From: Octopus sinensis
Taxonomy: Eukaryota
Length of the DNA stretch: 64,000 nucleotides
Direction of reading: 5' to 3'
Assembly (NCBI RefSeq): GCF_006345805.1
Contig: NC_042997.1
Coordinates: forward strand, 154,008,001 to 154,072,000
The stretch's first letter is position 1. Each line of letters opens with the position of its first letter. Below the pieces are notes generated by a model. It had not been told where the DNA came from and ran no database searches. It saw only the letters and a list, made by a program, of their open reading frames with translations. The translations under genes were made by a program, and so were the position numbers. Shown here piece after piece: positions 37,420 through 50,692 of this stretch.

Positions 37420-39150
37420 GATATCTATCTTCATCCAATCTGGTGACTTGTCCAAACCAATGCAACTCTCTCACACAGAATATCTTGATATTCCATAGCA
37501 GTCTTTATATCCTCAACTTCATATCCAGTGTTTTCCACAAGTTGGTCTATATATGCTCTTCTTGGTCTGCTAATATCTGTATGTCCATGTGTGGGTTTAC
37601 AGAGAAGATCATTGGATATTTCATCCTTGATTCATCAGCAATGTTTTGCATAACATGTTCTTTCTCTGTTAATGGAGGTGATGGTAAGAATATTGCCATT
37701 CAGTTACTGTTTTGAAGAGTGTTGCTGCTATAGCAGTGGTTTTCTGGATGGTTACTGTTAGTGTAACGCTACTTTTATATGTTTCCTATTTGGAAATAGA
37801 TAAATATATTTTTACTTTTGAAGTAGGGATATATATAGATAAAACCGTCACTTATAACTTACTTATAAGTGTTATCATTATACATAAATCCTGACTCCAG
37901 CTACATAAACGCCTTAGCGAGAGACATATTATCTGAAATGCTAATGGACATTTTATGCGTGCATGTATGTTGAATATAAATAATTTCGTGTTCTTTTAGT
38001 CGCTATAAAAAAATACAGTTTCATAATTACAGAAATACATTTCATTAATAAGTTGAAGAACATGAAGAAAGAGAAAATAATTACTACATTATTTTATTTA
38101 TGTACATTTAGCATTTTTAATATTTATAATACAATTTGAAGTAAAGTAATTTTGTCATAGAGAATTACAACTTAAAATTTACACTAACTAATTCTTTATA
38201 CTAACTATATAGATCTCAACAATTCAAACAAGTCTTGTTGGATTTTTCATAGACATGGCATAAAAAGATAACCAATGTCTCAAAGGAGTGAGTGTCGTGG
38301 AGTTTATTTACATCCCACAAACACTAAAGTTTTCCCCCAAATCCAGGGTTTTTATAACTGCTGAACTTGACATAAAAGAATTGAAATCACATAAAAATAT
38401 TCTTTAACTAATTTTTAGTATTCCTATATGAGCAGTTATTTCGACCAATGGGAAAATGACAATCATATTTCTTCGGCAATACATTATGTCATATTGCCAG
38501 CTACCACAAATTGGCGGTACTATTTGAAAATGGCTACATGCTACACTGCTAAGAAAGAGTAAGAATTGTGCAAAACATTCTCATGAATGTACTATCAAGC
38601 TTCTTTGCAAGTTTCTTGTTCAGTGTTCATGCTGAAGTACTGATTCAATAACTGCTTTGAAGTAAGCCCCTTCATATTGTCAGGAAAGGAGGACTGCCAT
38701 ATAATTCTGAGTCTGTGTAAGGTATTCCTTACCTGGACATCTTTTTCAGTTGAAGCAATATTACTTCCTAGCTAGGTAAAGTCATCAACCATCTTCAGAT
38801 TGGTGCCATCCAGTGTCCAAGTATCACCTGTTACATTATAGCCCATATATTCAGTCTTACCAGCAATGACATACAGTCCTGTTTGTGCAACTGAAGTCAT
38901 AAGTGCATGCACCAGTTTTTCTCTGCTAATTATATAGTGTCTCCAAGAAGTGTAAGATCATCTGCATAGTTGGCATCCAATATTTCAAGTGCAGAATATC
39001 TTCTACTTCTAGCTCTCAAGTGTAAATTCATATTCTTTGGTGATGTCAATAGATGTACGTAAGATATAATTCAGGCAAATCATAAACAGGTATGGAGTGA
39101 AAGTGTCTCCTTGGAGACACTCTGGCTCTGTTATAGAGATACTATATATT
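37420..39150 (-). mobile_element. RTEX/RTE-like LINE remnant (RT to 3' end)
   Basis: LQGDTFTPYLFMICLNYILRTSID, NYADDLTLLGDT and the 3' end RPRRAYIDQLVENTGYEVEDIKTAME; continues after about 40878. Confidence 0.75.
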
Positions 39151-40877
39151 AGCCCAACTAATTAGTGAGAGAATTAGTCTAGATGAGATGCAGTTTAGCT
39201 TTGTGCCAGGAAGAAACACCACTGATGCTATATTTCTAGTAAGGCAGCTGTAGGAGAAATACATAGTCAAAGATAAACCTTAATACTTAGCTTTTGCTGA
39301 CATAGATAAAGCCTTTGACAGGGTCCCCTGACCCCTTATCTGGTGCTCAATTCAGAAACTAAGGATAGACGAGTGGTTGGTGAGAGCTGTACAAAACATG
39401 TACAGGGATGTTGTCAGTAAGATGAGGGTTGACAACAAGTATAGCGATGAATTCAGGGTACAAGTAGGGATTCATCAAGGATCAGTCCCCTCTTGTTCAT
39501 CATAGTCCTCCAGGCAATAACAGGAATTTCAGATGGGCTGCTTCTCTATGCTGATGGCCCTGTTCTTATAGCTGAATCACTACCAAAACTAGAGAAGAAA
39601 TTTCAGATGTGGAAGCAAGGTCTGGAATCAAAAGGCCTTAGAGTTCACCTAGCGAAAATCAAAGTCTTAGCAGACAAACCAAATATCCCTCCAAGTAGAT
39701 GACCCCACTTGATCTGTAGGAAAGGCATAGGTAGAAACTCTATTAGATGTACCCAGTGCAAGCTATGGACACATAAAAGATGCAGCAATATCAGAGGAAG
39801 ATTAACTGGGAAAATAATTTTTGCATGAAGAAGGTGCACATGTACAATAAACTCTGAAAATGTACAGAAAATAGACTACATCAACTGACAGTGGCGTAAG
39901 CTAGAGGTAGTTGTTAGCTCCTGTTATTTAGGGGACCAAGTCAGTAGCAGAGGTGGTTGCTCCAGGAGCATAACTACGAGAATAAGAGTAGGCTGGGCAA
40001 AGTTCAGAGAGCTCCTACTCCTGTTAGCAGCAAAGGGCCTCTTTCTCAAAGTGAAAGGCAGACTGTATGATGCTTATGTGTGAACAGCTATGCTATACGA
40101 CAGTGAAAAATGGGATGTGATTGCCGAGGACATGCATAGGCTTAAAAGAAATGAAGCTAGTATGCTTTGCTGGATGTGTAATGTCAGTGTGCATGTGCGA
40201 CAGAGTATAAGTGTTTGAGAGAAAAGTTAGGCATAAGAGGCATCAGGTGTGGTGTGCAAGAGATAAGACTGCACTGGTATGGTCATGTGATACATATGAA
40301 AGAGGACAGCTGTGTAAAGAAGTGCCAATCTCTAACTGTGGAGGGAACCTGTAGTAGAGGCAGACCCAAGAAGACATTGAATGAGGTGGTGAAACATGAT
40401 CTTCAAATGTTGGGTCTCACAGAGGCAATGACAAGTGACTGAGACTTTTGGCTGTGCTTGAGAAGACCTATCAAACCAAGTGAAATCATAGTCGTGGCCA
40501 ATGCTGGTGTCACATAACTGGCACCTGTGCCAGTGGCATGCAAAAAGCACCATTCAAGTGCTGGGCCTCACGGAGACAATATGGTCAATACTGGTGTTAC
40601 ATAACAGGCACCCGTGCCAGTGCCATGTAAAAACAACCATTTTAGGGCTGAGCCTCATAGAGGCAATGTGACTTATGTCAGTGTCGCATAACTAGCACCC
40701 ATGCTGGTGGCATGTAAAAGCACCCATTACACTCTGTAATGGGTGCTTTAGAAACCATGCCAAATCAGACTGGCATCTGGTGCAGCCCTTAAGCTTACCA
40801 GCCCTGGTCAAACTGTCCAACCCATGCCAACATGGACAACAGATGTTAAATGATGATGATGATGACGATGATAATAA
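39151..40877 (+). mobile_element. 5'-truncated RTE LINE inserted into the RTEX-like remnant
   Basis: DEMQFSFVPGRNTTDAIFLVRQL, LAFADIDKAFDRVP, LHWYGHV, RGRPKKT; (TGA)n tail; 38-bp flanking duplication. Confidence 0.85.
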
Positions 40878-40915
40878 GGACACACTCTGGCTATGTTATA
40901 GATATATTGTATATT

Positions 40916-41130
40916 CTTTTCTACTCTAGTCACAAGGCCTGAAATTTTGGGGTGAGGGGGCCAGTCGATTAGATCGACTCCAGTATGTAACTGGTACTTA
41001 ATTTATCAACCCCAAAAGGATGAAAGGAAAAGTTGACCACAGTGGGATTTGAACTCAGAACGTAAAGACAGATGAAATACTGCTAAGCATTTCGCCCAGT
41101 GTACTAACATTTCTGACAGCTTGCTGCCTA
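40916..41130 (-). mobile_element. SINE family B with 16-bp target-site duplication
   Basis: agatatattgtatatt (40900-40915) vs agatatactgtatatt (41131-41146). Confidence 0.85.
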
Positions 41131-41710
41131 AGATATACTGTATATTAACACAATCCCTTCAATAAAGAAAATTGACATAAAGCCTTTATCTTTTACCTAC
41201 TACTGACCAAGTTAAACACATTGCATCTATATCAATGAAAATACTTCTGAGATCCCAATAACAGCATAATGTCAGTCTCTAATCTCTTATGCAAAAATCC
41301 TATACACACATACATACATACATACATTACATACATATGCACACACATACAGAATACGTGTGTGTTTGTGTATTATATAGTGTAATGTATGTTCCTTTGT
41401 TTGTAGGATCAGCAAACAAAAATGAACTTCATTCAGTGGAAGATTGGTGTTATTTAATAAAAACAGGATTTAAAGATGAGCTACTATAAGCTCCTGATTG
41501 GATAATACAGTAATCAGATGGAATTGTGAAGTGTGCTGTGTAGTATCCTGTTATTCTACAAGAGACTGCAGGATAGTACATAAAATGCTATAAATGCTCA
41601 TCTGATTATTGTGTTATCCTTGAGAGTTTTAAGTGCTATATATTTTCATCTTTAATCTCCTTTATGTCAACATCTCAAATGTAAAATTCTTCCCTGAAGA
41701 CGTAGGCTGG

Positions 41711-41780
41711 TATTATCTGATGAGGGAATCAATTTACAATCATTATTTTGAACCACTAAACCCCCAGAAACAGCTGTTGG
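41711..41780 (+). ncRNA. Degenerate type I hammerhead motif
   Basis: CTGATGA GGG...CCC-a GAA ACAGCTGT T; palindromic stem III present, stem I poorly paired. Confidence 0.4.
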
Positions 41781-42102
41781 ACTTGTAAAACACTTATTCA
41801 ACCCCTTTAATTCCTGATATCATTTCTATTCTGTGTAAGTCGGACCTTTTTATATGTAAACATATGTACATTTTTCTGTATTCGATGTATTTAATATTTT
41901 TTGTATGTTGACTTGCCAAACTTGCTTATCCTTACATTTACTCTTTTACTTGCTCAAGTTTAAATCTTTTGAGCTCTACAAAGTGTATTCTACACAGAGA
42001 ATATCTAACTCTCATCTATAAACTATATATGTATATAAATCTGTGTGTGTGTAAGAGAGAGAGGGGGGAAAGAGAGAAAGAAAGGGAGAGAGAGAAAGAA
42101 AG

Positions 42103-42141
<39 letters not shown>

Positions 42142-42674
42142 GATTAGACCTAAGAAAACATTCAAACGATATAAATCGTGACCTGAAAGCAGCGTCTGTG
42201 CCAGGTAAACTATACAAATCAAACTTCTTATGACATGTTTTGCCTAGATGCTTGACTGAGACCTGACAATATAAACAAATGACAACTTGTCATACTCAAT
42301 GAAGTAACAGCTGCTCTTACAGAAGACACACTTCCCTTTCTCCCCACCCACCAAAACATATTTTCTGTTGGCTTCCTACACTTCTGTCTCCTGACAAACT
42401 AACTTAATTTTCACACACACACATACGCACACACACATGCACACACACACACACACATACACACACATGTATATGTCTATATATGTGTGTGTATGTATGT
42501 CTATATATATATGTACACACACGCACACACATAGTCACACACACACATGAGGACATGCACAAACAAAATATCAATTTGACTCTTGGTAAAAGGAGAAAGT
42601 TGTTCATGTTTCAATGTACCGTTGGCGATTTTTTTTCCTCCGTCTTCCCTTTTCTGGAGCTTTCCTTCTCCTAT

Positions 42675-42709
42675 GTTTCCGACGAAGAGCTCTGCTCGAA
42701 ACGTTAAAC
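42675..42709 (+). ncRNA. Minimal type I hammerhead ribozyme motif
   Basis: GTTT CCGACGA A GAGC-tct-GCTC GAA ACGT T AAAC; all three stems consistent. Confidence 0.65.
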
Positions 42710-42805
42710 CCTCCTTCTTTACTTCTTTCCTGAGTGTCCAATAATACTATATTTGTTCCACGTCCTCGCATTGTTGTGTTTTTTTGTGCTTTCTTGTTTG
42801 GATTA

Positions 42806-42874
<69 letters not shown>

Positions 42875-42984
42875 TTCAAATAAACAGGAAACAAAAGACA
42901 AGGTGAGAGAACAAAAACAGGAAGCAAAAGACAGTCGAGGGAACAACAAGCAGGTGTATTAGCTTAAAGCTTGGGAAGAATGGA

Positions 42985-43027
42985 AAGGTCTTTGGTGTTT
43001 TGAGCTTTTGCTCTTGACAGAAAGGAA
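42985..43027 (-). ncRNA. Decayed hammerhead-like motif in an oppositely oriented PLE-like repeat
   Basis: Minus strand cttt ctgtca a GAGC-aaaa-GCTC aaaa cacc aaaga; the stem II architecture is kept but core bases are mutated. Confidence 0.3.
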
Positions 43028-43380
43028 TGAGAGTTAAATAAAAATAGAGAGACAAAGAAAAAACAGAGAGAGAAAAAACTGTGTTGGGATTAACGGTTTA
43101 ACATGATGAAATTGTAGGGAATCCTGGTGGTATGACAGGAAGCAAAATGGAAAAGGGATTTAGCAAGAGTAATCTCCCATGAGCTTCTAGAATGTTCGAG
43201 AGCTTTCTGGAAGCTTCCAGTTTATGTGGAAGATGGGGAGTTGCAGTTCATCCTTATATAAAGGAAGGAAATTCTAAATTCCCACCACCGCATGTCTGTC
43301 TTGCCTTAGGCTGGCATTGAGTCAAGCCGCCGCACTTTACATCCACTCACGCACATGTTCACCTCATTTACTTGGAGACA

Positions 43381-45000
43381 TGTGACAGCAAACAGAACAT
43401 ATTCAAGTAATGTTATAAGCTTTCCTTCAATTAAACTTGTATGTTAACGCATTACCTCCAGTAATAAAAGTTATGACTTATTACAAGTGTCTTGGCAATT
43501 TCTATTTTCTTGTTGTTATGATCAAGATGGTGACCCCTCTTTCTCATACTGACAATATTATAGTGTGTCATTAAATCTACGTTACCACCAAAAATGGATA
43601 ACTCTGACATCACTATAAAATGGTGAACCCAATGTTAAAAACACAATAGGCACTTCACTATAGAATGGCGAACCGGACGTCAAGAACATGATAGATACTG
43701 CAGGCACTTCACTATGATAATATAGCAAACCTGACTCATTTGGATATGCAAATCACAGCAAATGGTAAATTGACGTGATACTACACTTTCCAAAGTAATT
43801 TCTTCCACATCCAACAAGAAAGTCACTTATCACATCTGTTCCTTGTCATAATCATGAGTAACACTTCCACACCAGCTTATTCCGGCAACGCTAAGCTATG
43901 GTTTGCACAGCTTGATTCTTATTTCACAGCACATGGTATACAAGCTGCTCAACAGAAGCTACACGTGCTTATTAGTGGCATTCCCACCATATTAGCAGAC
44001 ACCGTTAAAGATATCATCACAAATCTTCCATAGGCACAGGAGTGGCTGTGTGGTAAGTAGCTTGCTTACCAACCACATGGTTCCGGGTTCAGTCCCACTG
44101 CGTGGCATCGTGGGCAAGTGTCTTCTGCTATAGCCTCGGGTCGGCCAATGCCTTGTGTGATGGAAACTGAAAGAAGCCTGTCGTATATATGTGTATATAT
44201 ATATGTATGTGTGTGTATATGTTTGTGTGTCTGTGTTTGTCCCCCTAGCATTGCTTGACAACCGATGCTGGTGTGTTTACATCCCCGTCACCTAGCGGTT
44301 CGGCAAAAGAGACCGATAGAATAAGTACTGGGCTTACAAAGAATAAGTCCCGGGGTCGATTTGCTTGACTAAAGGCAGTGCTCCAGCATGGCCGCAGTCA
44401 AATGACTAAAACAAATAAAAGAGTATAAGAGTAAAGAGAGTAAGGCATGACCTACAATGCTTTGAGAACCGACATACAACGCAGAAATTCCATATCAGCA
44501 GAAAGCCATTTCCGTGCATTATTACAGGATGAGAACCCGGGTGACAGAACCCCTTCAGAATTTCTTAGGCAGATTAGAGAACAAACCGGCAGACAGTTTC
44601 TTCGTAAAGAAATTATTTTTTTCCCGCTTACCAACTAAAGTACAAATGATATTAGCAAACATGATTGACACCAACACCATAGATCAAATAGCTTCGTCCG
44701 CAGATAGAATAATGGAATTTTCTCACAGACCCACTGCGGTTGATTCAGTTATTGCTTCATCTTCTCAACAACAGCCTAATGATAAAAACAAAGACACCAT
44801 GTTGAAGGCCATTGAAGGTTTAATGCACCAAATAGCTCAATTCTGTTGTGTTAGTCAGCGTTCACAAAGCCACTCTTCCTTTTCTAAATGATGTAACACT
44901 TTTTCAACCAACAATTCTTTGGTGTGTTGGTACCACACACGTTTTCACAACATGGCATGTCAATTCATTTCAATGGGGAAATTTGGTTTGACATACAAGT
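43381..45000 (+). mobile_element. Gypsy (CsRn1-like) LTR retrotransposon 5' part: LTR, PBS and gag
   Basis: TG...CA LTR-like 43381-43524 with AATAAA; PBS TGGTGACCCC at 43528-43537; gag from 43854 (KLWFAQLDSYF...VKDIITNLP), resuming after the SINE (NPGDRTPSEFLRQIR, FFSRLPTKVQMILA, CWYH). Confidence 0.8.
44032..44445 (+). mobile_element. SINE family A inserted in gag
   Basis: Full copy splitting the gag frame. Confidence 0.9.
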
Positions 45001-45069
45001 AATTTGAGTTATGAGCACCGTTACAGAATGAATTAAACTTGTAAGTCAAGGTACCACTGTATACATACA

Positions 45070-45670
45070 TAAGGTGGCAAGCTGGCTGGATCATTAGCAC
45101 GTTGGGCAAAATGCTTTGTGGTATTTCATCCTGCCTTTACATACTGAGTTCGAATTCTGCCATGGTTGACTTCGCCTTTCATCCTTTTAAGGGTTGATAA
45201 AATAAGTACCAGTTGAGCATTGGGCTCTATGTAATCAACTTTCACCCCTGGGTAAGAGTATCAAATCCTTTTATCAAGCTATGTTGAGCCAGTGTGGAAG
45301 AGTAGAAACATCAAAGCAGTATGATCTCAAACTCAAGTCCATGGCCTCCACATCAGAATGTAATTAATGGAGAGAACTTGCCGAGGACTTCATCTTACAG
45401 TGGACTGAACATAAGCAATCCAGTCCAATATATATCTTATTTCTTTACTGCCCACAAGGGGCTACACAAAGAGGGGACAAACAATGATAGACAAATGGAT
45501 TAAGTCGATTGTATCAACCCCAGTGCATAACTGGTACTTATTTAATCAACCCTGAAAGGATGAAAGGCAAAGTTGACCTTGGCGGAATTTGAACTCAGAA
45601 AATAGCGGCAGACGAAATACTGCTAAGCATTTTGCCTGGCGTGCTAACGTTTCTGCCAGCTCACTGCCTT
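45070..45670. mobile_element. Inverted pair of SINE family B copies
   Basis: Plus copy at about 45070-45250 and minus copy at about 45425-45670. Confidence 0.75.
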
Positions 45671-45959
45671 AGTCCAATATATATATCTTTCATCCTTTAT
45701 CTTTCGCTTGTATTACCCATTAGACTGTAGTCATGCTGGAGCACCATCATGAAGAATTTTAGTCAAACCTATAAACTCCAATGATTGATTGATTGATTGA
45801 TTCTAGTTTCAGGGTACTTATCATATCATTCTCTTTTGCTGAACTGCTAAGTTATGGAGACGTAAACACAGCAACACTGGTTGTCAAACAGCAATGGGGA
45901 ACAAACACTTAAGCAAAGACACACCACACACACACACTTACATGTATATGTGTGTGTGT

Positions 45960-46760
45960 ATCATTATCATCATCATTTAATATCCATTGTCCATACCGGC
46001 ATGGGTTGGACAGTTTGACTGGGCTGGCATGCTGGAAGGCTGCACCAGACTCCAGTTAGATTTAGCATGGTTTTCTGAGGCTGGATACCCTTCTTAATGC
46101 CAACCACTCTGAGAGTGTAATGGGTGTTTTTATGTGCCACCGGCACAGGTGCCATTTGTGTGACACTGGGCACTGGCATGGGTGCCAATTTGCATGACAC
46201 CAGTATCTGCCATGACTGTGATTTTGTTTGGCTCAATGGGTCTTCTTCTTAAGCATGACTTAATGCCAAAGGTCTTGGTCATTACCTCCGTGAGGCTTAA
46301 CACTCGAAAGGAACTCAACCACTTTGCCTCTGTGAGGCCCAACACTTGAAAGGAACTTAGCCACTTTGCCTCCATGAGGCCCAACGCTTGAGAACTCATC
46401 CACTTTACCTCTGTGAGGCACAACACTTGAAAGGAATTCATCCACTTTGTCTCCATGAGGTCCAATGGGCAAAAGGAACTCTGCCACTTTGCCTCCATCA
46501 GGCCCAATGTTCAAAAGATGCTCTTTATGTGCACCAGCTTGGGTGCACTTGGCTTGATGGGTCCTCTGAAGCAAAGCACTTCACCAAAGGTTTCGGTCAC
46601 CAGTCATTACCTCAGGGAGGCTCAAAGTTCGAAGATCATGCTTCACTCCCTTGTCCCGTGTCTTCCTCAGTCTACCTCCACCACAGGTTCCTTCCACAGT
46701 TAGAGATCGGCACTTCTTTACACAGCTGACCTCGTCCATTTGCATCACATGACCATACCA
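45960..46760 (-). mobile_element. RTE LINE 3' fragment with about 42-bp minisatellite in the 3' UTR
   Basis: MWYGHVMQMDEVSCVKKCRSLTVEGTCGGGR; ccactttgcctc..tgaggccc repeated about 5 times at 46278-46520; (CAT)n tail. Confidence 0.85.
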
Positions 46761-47829
46761 CATCTGATTACATGCACACCATATATTATGTGTATGTGCA
46801 TATACAATGGGCTTCTTTCAGTTTCCGTCTGCCAAAGCCACGCACAAGGCTTTGGTCAGCATGAAGCTATAGTAGAAGACACTTGCCTGAGGTGCCACAC
46901 TGTAGGATTGAACCTAAAACCAAGTAGTCAGGAAGCAAACTTCTTACCATAAACCCACGCCTTCACCAATGTATGTGAGTAATATGGATAAACACAAGTT
47001 TATATTATAGTATCTATGTGTATTTCACCATTACGGCTGGTTGGACCTCATCACTTGGTGTTCCAAGTGCATTTAGGTGCTAAGCCAAAATGAATCATAA
47101 CAGAACACTTTATTAGTTACCTGTAATTTAATGCAATAAAGTGTTGCCTAATGATCCATTGTGGTTGAACAACTAAATCTACTTGGAACACTTATTACAG
47201 GACACCAAACAACCATAATGGTAAAATGCGCATCATCATCATCATCATCATCATTGTTTAACGTCCGCTTTCCATGCTAGCATGGGTTGGACGGTTCAAC
47301 TGGGGTCTGGGAAGCCAGAAAACTGCACCAGGCTCCAGTCTGATCTGGCAGAGTTTCTACAGCTGGATGCCCTTCCTAACGCCAACCACTCCATGAGTGT
47401 AGTGGGTTCTTTTTACCTGCCATCGGCACAGGTGCCAGACGAGGCTGGCAAACGGCCACGGTCGGATGGTGCTTTTTACGTGCCACCAGCAGGAGACCAG
47501 ACGAAGCTGGCAACGGCATGATCGGATGGTGCTTTTTATGTGCCACCGCAGAGAGGCCAGTCAGGGAGGCACTGGCTATGGCCACATTTGGATCGTCCTC
47601 TTACGTGCCACTGGCACTGGTATCACAGCTACAAATTCCATTGATGTTGATCGATTAAAGAACTATAATATAAATTTGTGCTTATCCTTAGTTCTTTAAC
47701 ATATGCCCCATTGCTCATAACTCGTCATACTACTCAGTATAGAAGTTACAACTACACATGAAGCAGACTGGATTATGATAGTCTTCATGGGGCTCTAAAC
47801 ATATCTGAGACCTCCTTCAGTCACGATAC

Positions 47830-48145
47830 AGACCATGGGATTGTACCTAGAAAGTTACCCTTCCAGGCAAAAGTCCAGGCAAGGTTGTTTATGGAAGACC
47901 AGCAGTCGCCCATGCATACTGGCCTCCCCTTTCCACGCCACCGATGTTATCCAAGGGAAAGGCAAAGGCCGATGCAGCTTGGCACCTGTGACATCGCAAC
48001 TCATTTCTACAGCTGAGTGAACTGGAGCAACGTGAAATAAAGTGTCTTGCTCAAGAATACAACACGCAGCCTGATCCGGGATTCGAGCTCACAACCTCAC
48101 AATTGTAAGCTTGACACTCTAACCACTGAGCTATGCACCTTCACA
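47830..48145 (-). mobile_element. SINE family C (CORE-type)
   Basis: Homologous to 21700-22018. Confidence 0.8.
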
Positions 48146-49065
48146 ATGGGCTCTTAACATAACAGTAGCAATTACATCTATTTGTATATGCATACATACA
48201 TACATAAAATATATTTAAGATTCCGTTGAATTAGGTACTTAAATTCAAGCACTTTGCATGGTCAGTGTAATCCGCAGCACCCAAGCAATATTTATTGAAT
48301 ACTGAATATCAAGACTCCGTGCAGGAGGATTTGTACCTGATATTCCTGCAGTGTGTGCAGACAATGCAACGAAGCTAAGTGAAGATATCCATTCTTGGTA
48401 ATTCAGACATGTACTTCTTATAAAGGTACTTTGAATAGTATTTCTGAAGTGCAGATTCCAAGTTAGGCAAATAAAATGTGAGTAACAAAGATGTACAGGT
48501 GTCAATTCCTTACAGATGTTTCAAGTGACTTCTTTTATTGATTAATGAAAACATTACATCATTTGAAAGAAACTGTTCTCATCAGATGACCACATAGACT
48601 TCAAACATATAGGATACAACCATTTCCCTAACATATTCACATCAAGAATGGAACTCAAGATATTTACATTGTTTCTATTGTCATATTTGCAGCAGAATGA
48701 GTTTAGAAAATAATGCATACATTGTTAAGTCTACTATAATTTAGAGAGTAGCAGAGGAGATAGTGGGGGTCAGGGTAAAAAAAGAATGGTGACCTAGTTA
48801 CATTTAGATGACTTTATGTAGAATGTAGCCTTCAACCATTTAGAATCATTTAGAATGGGAGTTGTCAACTGTATTCTAATTAATGGTAATAAGTCAATGT
48901 CAGACAATCTACTAGACTCTGCAATGTACTGGAACCATACATCTAGCTTTATCTACACTAAAGGGTAGGGCTTAGGGTTAGTAGCAAGGGAATGCTTGAT
49001 GGGGAAGGGATGATAATTGGAAGAAAGAAGGATAGGGATGGCCAAAACTTATTTTGAGTAACATA

Positions 49066-49294
49066 TTAACCCTTTAGTGTTCACATTATTCTGCCAAAGT
49101 TAATCCTTTTTTATCCACATTGTTTCAAACTAATCATGCATTATCTTGTAGCTATGAGATTTTGATAAGGTAGCTGTTAATTTTTAAAACGATATTGTAG
49201 GGTTGGTGTGAGAGACCAGATCTGGTCAGTTTGAACATAAAACAGGCAGAATACTTTTGGCCGGATATGGCTGGTTTAAATGCTAAAGGGTTAA
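49066..49294. mobile_element. piggyBac-type MITE
   Basis: ttaaccctttag...ctaaagggttaa. Confidence 0.85.
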
Positions 49295-49699
49295 AAGGGA
49301 ATATAATGAAAAGCCAAAGGGATAAGTAATATAAACTTTAGGAATGGAATTTAGAATTGAAAGATAAGGGAGGTAGTAAAATATAACTTAGCAAATTTAT
49401 GATATTAAAGTGAGAAAATTTAAATCAATATATAGAAGAAGGATAGAAATTAAATTTACAACCTAATAATGCAATACTTTAATATATAAGAGAAGCTATT
49501 AAGACTTTTCTAAAACATAGTCTATAGAAGATCATGATAAAAACATTCTATAATGAATGTATAATGGAATTATATTATCATATGAATAGAAATTCATAGT
49601 ATATTTTGAACTAATATAAGAACTATTCTCTTCATTATGGGTGGATAGATATAAAATATCCTACACTTCATAAGGCCAAGGAAAAATTCCTGGGTTGTT

Positions 49700-49846
49700 G
49701 TTGGCATGTTTCTAGACAGATGAAAATGAAACGAAAGATAGCCGGTTAAGTAGGTGGGTAGATAACCTGGTTGCATTTGTCCCAGTAGAGAAAGAGAGGA
49801 AGAAAGGTAGAGAAAGAGAGGGAGAGAGGGAGAGAAAGAGAGAGAT

Positions 49847-49910
<64 letters not shown>

Positions 49911-50660
49911 CAGGTAATATAGGGAACAGCACCAGTGAGAAGGGGGAATTGGGAGAAGAGATAAATGGTAGGGGTGGTGACAAATTTCTAGACAGAACAA
50001 AATGTAAGATAGCTGGTTAAGTGAGTGGGTTGATGAGCAGCGGGGCTGGCTGCATTTGTCCTAGGAGAGAGAGAAGTGCAGGTAATGTATGAGGAACAGC
50101 CCCAGTGGGGAGGAGGGGTTGGAGAATAGACACTGGTAATGGTGGTGTGAGAAGGGATATCTGGTGCAGATGGTGGCAAGATATTGGTGGTGGGAGCGGG
50201 AAAGGGCAGGTGCACCACGAACAAGCCAAGTTTAGTTTGGAGACAAAATATGGTGATAAGAATGAGAATTAAACATGAGAATTAAACAGACCAAGAAGGA
50301 GAAACAAGTAATTATCTTAACGAAATTACATGAGAGATAAAATTAAAACTATATTTTGAGGGGACATTTTCAATGGTTAACTCATGAAAACAAGCTGTTA
50401 GTAAATAAAGTGTTAATGGTAAATGAAGTACAAGGAATGGAAAAAAAAATGAGAAAAGTCTTAACTTCTTGACATCGTTTGGTGAAGGAATGAATGGAAC
50501 CACATGAGACGGGAGTTTTTAAACAGATAAACTGCAACCGGAAGCGAGTTTAGTATGGGGACAGAAGGACGAAAATATGATAATAAGAAATGAGAATTAA
50601 ACTGACAGAGAAGGAGAAATGAGTAATTATCTTAATGAAATTACAGGAGCAATAAAATTA
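49700..50660. repeat. Two sets of diverged tandem duplications with (GA)n
   Basis: ttctagacag...gtgcaggtaat units at about 49710 and 49985; agtttagt...gtaattatctta units at about 50230 and 50545. Confidence 0.7.
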
Positions 50661-50692
50661 TATATATATTTATATATATATATATATATATA

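Noticed and set aside
37272-37715. 147-aa plus-strand ORF
   Set aside because: It is antisense to the 3' end of an RTEX-like LINE.
46130-46729. ORFs with repeated peptides (LGLMEAKW, VGPHGGKV)
   Set aside because: They derive from a 42-bp minisatellite in an RTE 3' UTR.
48245-48505. Several open frames with coding-like composition
   Set aside because: No recognisable motif and no consistent splice-site pair on either strand.
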